64,000 nt of DNA from Salisapilia sapeloensis CBS 127946. Its lineage: Eukaryota > Protista > Oomycota. Position 1 is the first letter of the stretch; every line of letters begins with the position of its first letter. Both the position numbers and the translations under genes were made by a program. The stretch spans positions 1 through 64,000 of the forward strand of contig JAADVB010000087.1 of NCBI GenBank assembly GCA_023334545.1, in the 5' to 3' direction. The notes under the pieces are model-generated. The model had not been told where the DNA came from, made no database searches, and saw only the letters and a list, made by a program, of their open reading frames with translations. This document shows, in pieces, positions 24,349 through 34,522 of this stretch.

Positions 24349-24567
24349 CGTTAAACTTTTCCGCATGTCGTCGTAGTTAGTAAGACGTACAGCATCTTAC
24401 ATTAGCACTCGTGGTGCGTATATCGGGACAAGCGAATCAGAACTCGCCACCGGAATTTACGGTGGCAGAGCTTTAAACGGCGCGTAGTAACCTACTTTCG
24501 AAGGCAGCAATGCTTACTTATTACTCAATCAGAAGATAGCAAAGAACTTGAATCACCTGTCTAAGAC

Positions 24568-25137
24568 ATGGGGAATTCCATTTCGAGCTATTTATCTTCT
24601 CCATTTGCATCGTTATCAGCGTGCTGGAGTAGTCACAAGCATCAAGTATTTATTTTCGGCCTCGATAATGCTGGGAAAACCACTCTTTTGTATCAACTCA
24701 AGCTCGGTGAAGCGGTCACGCCGATCCGGACCGTTGGCTTTAATGTGGAAGATATTCGATGTAATGGCATAGTCATTCAGGCATGGGATATCGGTATGAC
24801 GTGTCAGATTCGTCCATTTTGGCAGCATTACATGATTGAACCAGGTGTAGCCGTCTTCGTTGTTGATTCCAACGATCGTGAGCGACTACACGAAGCTGCA
24901 TCAAAACTGCACGATATCCTTTCATACGACAAGTTAAAGCATTTTCAGCTCCTGATCCTCGCTAACAAACAGGACCGAGATGGGTGTATGACCGTGCCGG
25001 AGGTTACCAAAGGTCTGCATCTGGAAGATCTAATGCACAACGAGTACAAGGTGCGAGGTGTATCCACACTTACTGGTGATGGTGTTACCGAAAGTCTCGA
25101 GTGGATTGTGTCTGCCCTCCAAGGACAAGAGGCATGA
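24568..25137 (+). CDS. Atypical ARF/ARL-family small GTPase, copy 2
   Basis: MGNSIS myristoylation motif, GLDNAGKT, RTVGFNVE, NKQD. G3 reads WDIGMTCQIRP. About 69% identical to copy 1 by hand count. Confidence 0.88.
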   Translation: MGNSISSYLSSPFASLSACWSSHKHQVFIFGLDNAGKTTLLYQLKLGEAVTPIRTVGFNVEDIRCNGIVIQAWDIGMTCQIRPFWQHYMIEPGVAVFVVDSNDRERLHEAASKLHDILSYDKLKHFQLLILANKQDRDGCMTVPEVTKGLHLEDLMHNEYKVRGVSTLTGDGVTESLEWIVSALQGQEA

Positions 25138-25237
25138 GGCCAACGGTCAAATGCAACTTTATGAATGCAAAGTAAAGTTTAGACAAACAATTTTTCTTTT
25201 CCTTCTTCGCAATGCAGATCCACTTGAGCTAAAGCTG

Positions 25238-26080
25238 TCAGTAAGCCTCGTTGACATTGATCGTGGACTCACGGGATGGCATGGCCATACTGTCGCGAAT
25301 CGCCATGGTAGAAATACTCTCCCGAGACTCGGCACTGCCCGTCCGCTTCTTCTTCCGCTTGTACACGCATGTCTCCTTATCTATTCTAATGCCCCACTGG
25401 AAGTCATCCGCTTTCGTCACGACATCCAGGAACTCATTCAGTTTTTCAATGCGGTCTAGAATCAACTGATCTGAGAAGAAGCCTGTCAAGGATTGTGTCT
25501 GGAGCTCTGGGATCTCATGTTCACGTGCTGGATTTTTTGCTTTCAATGTCGCTGCCAAATTACTATTGAGTCGTTAGTGATACAGATTTAGGAATAGATG
25601 GGTGCAGAGAGTCGTACAGAAAAGTGCTGTATCGATGCCAGAGGACCAGTGTGCCTCGAATGTCTGTTTCGATCTGGAGTTTGTACTCGACGTACTGCCG
25701 TCCTTGCTTTGTTTTGATGCGACTGGTAGCGTACATACTGTTAGGGTCTATCTATGATCTACGGCTAGTGGGATTGGATACCTGTCCACGACTTTGGCGG
25801 TGAGTAGTGAGATTTCCCTCATTTGATCAATTTTGCCCTGGTACGACTCGAGGGTCTGTCGTAGCTGCACGTGTTCCCGACGTAGATCCATGCTGGCGTT
25901 CTGCATGGCGTTGTTCAGAATACTTTGTCTTAGTCGTTCATTCTCTTCTTCCAACTCCTTTTTCTTCTCCAATGCCTCCGAGTGCTGAGACGTGTACATC
26001 TTGACGGCTTCCTGTGCCTTGGTGAGTTTGCTCTCGGCATCGGCCAAGACGCGCTCCGTGCGTTTCGTAGGAGTGCCCAT
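25238..26080 (-). CDS. Coiled-coil + PX-domain protein (242 aa, 3 exons), paralog of the adjacent myosin tail
   Basis: Exons 26080-25782, 25722-25618 and 25562-25238 are joined by GT-AG introns of 59 and 55 nt into one frame. It reads AKVVDSRIKTKQGRQYVEYKLQIETDIRGTLVLWHRYSTFLNLAATL...QWGIRIDKETCVYKRK. The 5' end is not certain. Confidence 0.85.
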
Positions 26081-27406
26081 TGATATGCTGTATTGTTGCG
26101 ATAGGACGCTTCTGTGTGTAAAAGTCCTCTACCGTCCAAACAAGTCTTCTTTTCGCGTGCTTCGCGCTAGGAATCCCCAAAGTCGCGACTTTCGGAAGGA
26201 AATGAAAAGGAAGAAAGCCGAGGAGGTTACTGTCGAATACGACGGACTTGCTGCTCGCGCTCGTATGGCTTGGTGGGTACTGTCGTGACAAGAGCGCTCG
26301 AAAGGTACAATCGAGCGAGCGTCCCAAATATGCCAAAGTCTGTCTCCCTCAGCTCAAAAAGTCAGTCTATGTGCGGCTGAAAGTTGAGCCAATTGGTGGT
26401 TTCTTTGCGGTACAAGCAACCAATGAGCAATCGATAAAGTGAAACCTACCCCCTGTACAAGGAGCACTTGGCTTGAGTATGCAATGAGACGATGGAGACA
26501 CCTGCCAACTGGATAAACTCCTGCGATGTTCGACGACAAGGTGCTCGACGCGTTGTAAAGGATCTGGCGATGCGGAAACAGATCTGTTTATCACAAACTG
26601 GGATGGACAAAGAGCGCTGTTAAAAAGACAAATAGGCAAAGGACGTATTGGCCAGAATTCTATTAACATGAGATATCTGGGTGTCCATTGGGTACGACCC
26701 TTGACATGCCTCTGCCGTTCGCCACAGATAAAGCATTTGTAGCGACGAATTGGTTTGTATACTATCCTACATTTAATCCTGCAATGCAAGCTTTATCTTC
26801 AGTTATCTCCGCGCTTTCCTCGCATGTAAACAGCGTAATGGCGCACAGTTGGAATATCGATTGATGATCTCCCTTTTGCGTGCATTTGTCACATGTTGTC
26901 GTCGTAGTTATCGTCTTGTCAGCGATTGACCTGTTGCATACTCCCAACTTGTCTACCGTGTCTTAATAACGAGCTTGTCGCAGGCATACAAGTAATTTTC
27001 GTGTCACCTAGAGAAGTGCCTGAGTCCAACTTCAATACCACTATGCACGTACGCGATCAGTTTTTCACTACCACTGCATCGATTATTGCACACGTAACGC
27101 TAGCAGCAAAACTGTAATGGAAGTAGAAATGTAGCTATCTGTCATTTGTGTCATGATCACTTCAAGTGAAGTTCAACGCGTCGTGAGGTACATATCCTAC
27201 TATACCATTCAGATCAAGACAAAAACTATCAAACGCGTGCCAATGCGTGGCAGTTTCCAATCAGTAGAAATGGAGCATGGCACCGGCCAATTCCAGAGCA
27301 GTTCCGAGACGATTACCTCTTGCTTCGGGCAACATACTCCTTTCGAACAACTTTCTCGCAACAATTCGACACAAAAACATGCCAAGATGCCTAACTTGTC
27401 ACCAGA

Positions 27407-29596
27407 ATGATGGCACAGGAGATCGAGATGGAGGCCATTCGGAAGCGTACGGGGGATGTTGATCCTCCATTACCAGAAGAGATGGATAGCGAAGAGTCGG
27501 TTCCTTTGACCACTACATTGCTTGACGATGAGGATGACGACGACATACATAAGAAGACTCAAGTCAAGCAGTCAAAAGGCATCTACCATCTCCTCGCAAC
27601 GTCCATTCCTCGACTAGTCATTATTGGCTGCTTGTCCTCTATGGTGCTACTAGCATTCTTTATCCGATGGCCTCTGTATTACTCATCCGTCTTCCCGTCT
27701 TTGCTCGCTCTCCTTGGTGACGGCCAACGGGCAGAGGTCGAGCCACTTGCCGTCTCGGTTGCATTCATTCTACCTTTCGTCCTTGGTGGTCTAGTCTATT
27801 ATGCTCAAGAAAACTTTATCAGGGTGTCAAGACAGCACAAAGTAGTGCCATTGCATCACGGTCGCTGGCACGACATTCGCCAATTGACCAACTTTCCAAC
27901 TTTGGACTCCATCGACCTGATCTGTGGTGCGAGCTTTATTTTGCTGCAACTCAATTGCGTTGCTGGCAAGGTTCTCTACGACCACTACAACGGAAAGCTA
28001 GCAAAGAAAGGGCTCATGAATCGCGTCGGTAAAGCTCTTGGCATGAATGGCCTCTTGTGCATCTGTCTCGCCATCTTGCTCGTCTCCCGCTCCTCTTTCC
28101 TCCACAAGTTTCTGTCATTCCCAGCCGAACGAGCTTCCAAATACCATGTTTGGAGCAGCAACTTTGGATTCGCATGTTTCAGTCTACATGGATTCATATA
28201 CGCGATCGACTGGTATCAGAAGGGGGAGCTACAAAAACAGCTTATTCCGTGCTTTACTTGTGAATGGATTGATCAGTACCGTGCACTACGCAACTTTAGT
28301 GGCACATTATCCTACGTCCTTCTTGCCATTGTCTTTTTAGGCTCCTTAGAAGTTGTCCGACGTAAGCATTTTGGTCGATTCGCATTGATCCATTGCGTCA
28401 ATGTGCTCTTCGTCACCTTTGGATGCGTCCACTACTACCCACTCGTCTTCTGGCTTTCTCCTTGTGTCATTGCATACACATGCTATCGTCTGTTATCTTT
28501 TTTCCGTCGGCAGAAAGCAAGTGTCGTGTCCTGTGCATCCATCTCGAACGACGTGTTACAGCTAGAACTTCGACGAGAAGCCACTTCCGGTGACTTTAGA
28601 CCAGGACAGTATGTGTATTTACGAGTAGCTTCCGTAGGCCGCTCGTGGCATCCGTTCTCGATTAGCTCCAGTCCTTTACGCAACCGTAGCTCGCTCCAAG
28701 TGGATGCCAAGGTCCAGGGCCCATTTACGACCAAGGTCTTGGAGCTCGTTCGTGCGAATCAACTACAGGCCGTGGATGTCGATGGATACTATGGTTCTGC
28801 GTTGTCTGTCTGTCCTCACTTGGTTCTCATCGGCGGAGGAAGTGGTATGACGCCATTCTTGAGTTTGTTGGAGCATCTTCAGTACGTTTCGGAAGGCAAG
28901 GTCGGAGATGTCGAGCTTCCCAAGACGATTTGGGTAATCTGGACGAGTCGAGATGACCAGTTCTTGGAAGCACATCACGAACTGCTTTATAAAGTGCAGC
29001 AGTCGAGCCACTGGCAAAGCAAAATGTGGCTGCATGTGACATCCGAGAGTGACGGTGGTATCGATCGCTATCGACCGAAAGCATCGGGTCGATATGCTTT
29101 TTCGCCAGCATTGAGTCAGAGTGCGTTGGGACTCTTCTTTGCTACGAGTTTGGGTGCAATGGCGTGTATGGCTGTTGCCTACTGGAACCACAGCATCAAC
29201 GAATTGTGGTATGTAAAGAGAGCATTCTTGTTTGTAGCTGTCGTGGTGGGAGCCGTGGTTTCTGGCAGTGTAGTGCTGTATTTCGTGGGTTCATCCAGTC
29301 CGAAACCCAGTCAAGAGAGAGTGGATGACTCCAAAGCACCCTTCGCTCCCTCTACGCCACAGAACTCCGCGAAAACCAGCTCCTTGCATCATCACTTCTC
29401 CGTTCAAGCGACTCGACCAGATTTCGCTTCGACTCTGCCACTCATCCATGCTGACATCCGCGAACTCTATGGACCCAAAGCAGACGTCCGCATCTACGTC
29501 TGCGGTCCTCACAGTCTTCAGCAGTCGGTTGTCCAGCACGCCAGCAAGCTGTCTGGGCCGCTCTTCCCCGTGCACAAGAAGAGCTTTGCCCTGTGA
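27407..29596 (+). CDS. Ferric reductase / NOX-family flavocytochrome (FRO-like)
   Basis: Heme ligand pairs H-x13-H (YHVW...LHG) and H-x12-H (IHCV...VHY). FAD motifs RPGQYVYL and WHPFSISS; NADPH motifs LIGGGSGMTP and YVCGP; two extra TM helices inside the NADPH domain. Confidence 0.9.
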   Translation: MMAQEIEMEAIRKRTGDVDPPLPEEMDSEESVPLTTTLLDDEDDDDIHKKTQVKQSKGIYHLLATSIPRLVIIGCLSSMVLLAFFIRWPLYYSSVFPSLLALLGDGQRAEVEPLAVSVAFILPFVLGGLVYYAQENFIRVSRQHKVVPLHHGRWHDIRQLTNFPTLDSIDLICGASFILLQLNCVAGKVLYDHYNGKLAKKGLMNRVGKALGMNGLLCICLAILLVSRSSFLHKFLSFPAERASKYHVWSSNFGFACFSLHGFIYAIDWYQKGELQKQLIPCFTCEWIDQYRALRNFSGTLSYVLLAIVFLGSLEVVRRKHFGRFALIHCVNVLFVTFGCVHYYPLVFWLSPCVIAYTCYRLLSFFRRQKASVVSCASISNDVLQLELRREATSGDFRPGQYVYLRVASVGRSWHPFSISSSPLRNRSSLQVDAKVQGPFTTKVLELVRANQLQAVDVDGYYGSALSVCPHLVLIGGGSGMTPFLSLLEHLQYVSEGKVGDVELPKTIWVIWTSRDDQFLEAHHELLYKVQQSSHWQSKMWLHVTSESDGGIDRYRPKASGRYAFSPALSQSALGLFFATSLGAMACMAVAYWNHSINELWYVKRAFLFVAVVVGAVVSGSVVLYFVGSSSPKPSQERVDDSKAPFAPSTPQNSAKTSSLHHHFSVQATRPDFASTLPLIHADIRELYGPKADVRIYVCGPHSLQQSVVQHASKLSGPLFPVHKKSFAL

Positions 29597-29831
29597 CGCT
29601 TCAAGATCCGCCTATCTGTACCCACACTGGAAAGTCATACATTGCCACTTTTATCCCGACCCCTATCGTTGCGTTGTGTTCGTCTCTTGGTGTTTGTATG
29701 TACGAAGTGCTGTGCGATCGTATCTGATTGGCTCCTTTTCTGTCTCGAACGTGCACTCGACGAAGGGGAGCACCTCAGTTTTAGCGTCCTCGAGCGCCCT
29801 TCTCGACCGAGACACAAGTACAGTGCGAGCG

Positions 29832-32800
29832 ATGGCGGAAGACAGCATGCTCAGCGGCGGTGCCATGGTATGGGTGCCCCATGAAGACAAAGTTTGGAAG
29901 AGAGCAGTCGTGGTGAAGCGCCTGGACGACGGCGAGTCGGCCGAAGTCCGGCTCACTTCGACCAGCGAGGACGAGGCGCACCGGGACGATGGCGAGGTGC
30001 GCGTCGTGAACATCGCGAATGTGGCTCGCCTCGCCGGTGAAACCTCTGAAGAAGCCATGCCGATCTGCAACAGCTTCGACGCGAACGGCGTGGACGACAT
30101 GACGACTCTGAACCATTTGCATGAGCCGGCCGTCTTGAAGAACCTCGAGCTGCGCTTCGCCAAGCAGAAGCCGTACACGTACACCGGCCAGATCTGTATT
30201 GCTGTGAACCCGTACCAATGGCTCGACCTCTACGGCTCTGTATGTTTCCATCTATCTTCTATACCACCTTATCTTCCTCGTACTGACTATCTCTTCTCCA
30301 GGACCTGTACGAGAAATTCCTAACACACAAGCGCGATGAGCTTGATCCCCACCCATTCGCACTCTCCGCGACAGCTTACAACGACATGAAGCGTACGGGT
30401 ATCGACCAATCGATCCTTGTCTCTGGCGAATCTGGCGCCGGCAAGACGGAGACGGTCAAGATCATGATGCACCACTTGGCCAGTGTATCTGGCGGTGGCG
30501 ACCAAGGCACAGTTGTCATTGAACAGGTGCTAAAGTCCAATCCATTGTTGGAGTCCTTTGGTAACGCCAAGACGAAACGTAATGACAACAGTAGTCGATT
30601 CGGCAAGTTCGCCCAGCTCCAGTTCGACTCATCTGGCGCTCTCGTCGGGGCGTTGTGTGAGACGTACCTTCTGGAAAAGTCTCGCGTCGTTGGCCAGGCC
30701 GATGGCGAGCGCAACTACCATATCTTCTACCAGGTTTTCCGACTCGATGAAGAGAAGAAACAAGAACTCAAGATCCACGGTACAGCCGCCGACTACCGCT
30801 ACACCCACACTGGCGCGGATGCGGATATCGTCGGTCTCGATGACGAGGAGAGCTTTAAGGAAACACAAGACGCCATGAACACGATCGGCATCTCTGCAGA
30901 CGAGCAGCATGCGATCCTCCAGATCGTCGGAGCTATCCTCAACCTCGGAGAAGTCTCGTACAAGGAGCACGCGTCGGACGAAAACAAATGCCATATCAAG
31001 GACGAGTCGCTCGTCCAGGCAGTGGCCGACCTACTCCAGATCAACATCGACAGCCTCACGTCGACGCTGCTGGAGCGTAGCATCACGGCCGGTAGCGAGT
31101 CGTACACGATCCCTCTGAACTCGGAGCAGGCGCAGGACCTTCGTGATGCTCTGGCGAAGGGTATCTACACTCAGCTCTTTGACTGGCTCGTCCACCGCGT
31201 CAACCGAGCGATTTGCTCCACGAGGAACGCCGTGCGTCACATTGGACTGTTAGATATCTTTGGGTTCGAGTCGTTCGAGTCGAATGGATTTGAGCAGTTG
31301 TGTATCAACTACGCGAATGAAAAACTGCAGCAAAAGTTCAACAGTGACGTGTTCAAGGTCGTGCAGGAAGAGTATGTCGAAGAGGACATTCCTCTCGCTC
31401 TCGTCACGTTCGAAGACAACCAGCCGATCCTGGACCTTATCGAAGGACGCATGGGTATCGTCTCGCTGCTGAACGAAGAGGTGCTGCGGCCACAAGCTAC
31501 GGACACAACGTTTGTGCGCAAGATGCTGGACGCCTGTAATGACCACCCGAGTGTGGAAAAGTCTCGTTTCAGCCAGCTGCAATTCCTCATCAAGCACTAC
31601 GCCGGAGACGTGACATACAATGGCGAAGGCTTCCTGGAGAAGAACAAGGACTCGATGCCGATGGACATGGCGCAGCTCCTGTCATCTTCTTCGAGCTCTG
31701 TGATCTCTGGCATCTTTAACACCAAGTTGGAGGAAGACAAGAAGAAGCAGAAGAACAAGAAGGGAGGAAAGGGACGACAGCAAGGGTATCTTGTCGGAAA
31801 CACCGTCGCTGGTGCCTTCCGAAAGCAACTGCAGGAACTCATGGAGACCATCAGCAAGACCAACAGCCAGTACGTTCGCTGCATCAAACCGAACGCGAAC
31901 AAGAGTCCGGTCGAGTTTGACAGGCAAATGATCGTCGAGCAGCTAAGGTGCGCCGGTGTCATTGCCGCCATCCGCATCAGTCGCGCCGCCTTCCCCAACA
32001 GGCTGGGTCTGAACGAGTTCCAAGAGCGCTTCCAGATCATCTGTCCGTCGTCTCTACGTGATGCCGCGCCGCAGGAGATGGTGATGGGACTGCTCAAGGA
32101 ACTTCTTCCAGAGAGCGGAGACGACATGAAGAACTCCAAGTTCGCTGTCGGTAAAACCAAGGTTTTCTTCTCCTCTGGTCTCCTCCAGCAGCTAGAGAAC
32201 CGTAGGAACGCCATGTTGATGGAATATGCCATCATGGTCCAGAAGATCGTACGAGGCCACGTCCATCGTCAGCGATTCCTTCGCCAGCGAACTCTAGCAC
32301 TCAAGTGCCAAGCGTTCGTGCGCTTCGCCACGCAGCGCCGCAAGTACATGACGATGAAGCGAGGTACGATCCAGCTCCAAGCGCTGGAGCGTGGACGCAA
32401 GCAGCGGATTGTGTATAAGGAGATGCTGGCGGAGAAGGAGCGCCAGCGTCTAGCAGAGCTCCAGCGTCAGCAAGAGCAGAGACGCCAGGAAGAGCTCCAG
32501 CGACAAGAGGACGAGCGAAAGAGACGTGAGGACGAGCGACAGAGGCAGGAGGAAGAGCAACAGAGACTGTTGGAGAAGGAGCGGTCGGCTCCGGAGCCGG
32601 AGCCTGTAGAGGCGTCGGACAATGGCTACGACGACCTGAGCGACGAAAGTGACAACGAAGACAACGGCCCTGTCTCGCCTCGTACAATGCGCACGCTTAC
32701 AGACGCTGCGTCCAAGGTAGCAGAAGCAGAGGCTGCTGCACGAGACGCCAAGCAGGCGGCCGAGTCGGCGCTCCACATCAACCAGGACTTGGTCTCTCAG

Positions 32801-33397
32801 AACGACCGTCTGCGCTCGACGCTTGCATCCAACGTTGCCGAGTATGCCGACGCGGAGCTTTTGCGTGAGAACGAGCGCCTGAAGCAGCAGGTGACGCAGC
32901 TCCAGGCGAAGCTTGTTCGATCGCAGGAAGTGTCTCTCATTAGCGCCAAGGTGGTGGACAGCCGCATCACGTATCGTGAAGGACGTCAGTTTGTCGAGTA
33001 CAAGCTGCAGATCGAAACGAATACGCGTGGGACGTTGTACGTCTGGCATCGATACAGCACGTTCCGCAACTTGGCTGCGACGCTGCAGACCAAGAACGGG
33101 TACAAGCGAAAGGAGATTCCGGAGCTGCCGAACAAGCAGCTCTTTGGCAACTTTTCGGAAAAGATCATCCAGGAGCGAGTGGAGAAGCTGAACCAGTTCT
33201 TGGAGGCTGCAACGAATGCAGAGCACTTACAGTGGGGTATTCGAGTCGACCAGGACACGTGCGTGTACAAGCGTCGCGTGAAGACTGCGAATCCGAGGGA
33301 TACCATATCGACCGCGTCGACGAGCTCTTCTCCGAGAGCTTCTTCCCGACTGTCGAAGGCCTTTAGCTTCCGCCGTGGCAGTACCGCTGGGAATTAG
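29832..33397 (+). CDS. Unconventional myosin: motor, IQ motifs, SAH-like segment, coiled coil, C-terminal PX domain
   Basis: ATG at 29832, one intron at 30240-30301. Motor motifs GESGAGKT, NDNSSRFGK, LLDIFGFE, YVRCIKPN; IQ-like VQKIVRG and LQALERG; E/R/Q-rich helix; PX domain HRYSTF...LPNK. Confidence 0.95.
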
Positions 33398-33499
33398 GAA
33401 ATGAACGAGGATTGTTTTTTGCTTTTGTATGTGCAGATTGGTTTGGCGGTTAAGGAAAAATAAAAGGAAAGAGCAAAACGGATTGCATTTGTCTTTCGA

Positions 33500-34009
33500 C
33501 TAGGCCGTGCGGAGGATGATGTGGACGCCACTGTCCGACTCGACGATGTCGCTCAGCTGGCCAGGCTCCAATGCAAACGCAGCTTCTTCAAAAGGCTTTT
33601 GCATCATGCCACGGCCGAAGGGACCGAGGTCTCCGCCACGCGTTCCGCTGTGCATTTTTAGGTATGGCTAGAGCAGGATTATAGTAGGCAAGGTACCTGT
33701 TGCAGTCGCTGTACTGCGTGGCAAGGTCCTCGAATTTCGCTTGACCGGACACGATGGATTCACGCAAAGCTAGACAAGTTCATACAATCAGAATATGATG
33801 CTAACTTGATTAGCGATAAAGTGTACATTTGAGTTGCTCGATGGCCTCTTCCTTGGAGCGCGTGATGTTGTTGGACAAACGGGAGGCTATGGAGTAGATA
33901 GAGACATTAGAGCGAGAGATTCAGACTAGTGCCGAGGCTGGGTACCTGGACGACGAGAGCCGCTGTGCTTGATGAGCAGGTGGGAAGCGCGGATTTGGTC
34001 TATAGACAT
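33500..34009 (-). CDS. PIN1: Pin1-type parvulin peptidyl-prolyl isomerase without a WW domain (4 exons; mostly missed by the ORF track)
   Basis: Spliced product [114 protein letters not shown], with three GT-AG introns. Confidence 0.92.
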
Positions 34010-34522
34010 GAATGCATTCGTAGAAAGTGTAAGCACACGACCATGGCGTTCAATAGAGGTAAAGGAGTGACGGCGTGCAGGTACCTGACATGATCTCTTT
34101 TGATTTTGATCGGTACCAAGATATGTTTCTCTTTTTGGCAATTTGACGCTTCTGCAGCACATCGTTAAATGCGCATAAAGTATTCTTCTATAAAACAGAA
34201 GTTTACTTTTATTTGTGCTTTAGCATTTGCCTTCCGCAGTACTGGATCTGACGGCATATAGAAATTAGCGTGCGATTTACGCAGAGGTTGAGCTTGCTAA
34301 AGATGGACTACAAAGGCAGGCTTGGATGAAACTTTAGTTTAGTATAACTCCATGGACTAAAGTCTTTTCGTCTTAAATTGTATTTGTAGGGCATATCTAA
34401 GACGAAAGTAGTGAAGTTATCTACCAATGTAGACGTTTAATACTACCAAATAATCGTCGAATCTTTTGTTAGGCTTGTAAAGTCAAAATACGCTCCGCCG
34501 GGAGCTTTGAAAAAGAATAGCT

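Larger units (their letters stand above)
23270..25140 (+). repeat. Diverged tandem duplication with a 975-bp period
   Basis: Two ARF ATGs at 23593 and 24568 (975 bp apart). Homology extends upstream through the intergenic spacer into the last ~30 codons of CEP164 (23282 vs 24257). Confidence 0.9.

Noticed and set aside
26179-26192. Perfect 14-bp palindrome AAAGTCGCGACTTT
   Set aside because: About four palindromes of this length are expected by chance in 64 kb (64000/4^7).
29325-29831. 332-aa ORF apparently extending the myosin 169 codons upstream over the ferric reductase 3' end
   Set aside because: The extension is an off-frame reading of the reductase plus intergenic DNA with no domain character. 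ATG 29832 gives a normal myosin N-terminus.
19192-33226. Long antisense ORFs (19192-19869, 31597-32235, 32450-33226 and similar ones over the dynein and HisRS)
   Set aside because: They are shadows of codon bias in E/K/Q-rich or GC3-rich sense genes; the translations are S/F/L-rich with no motifs.
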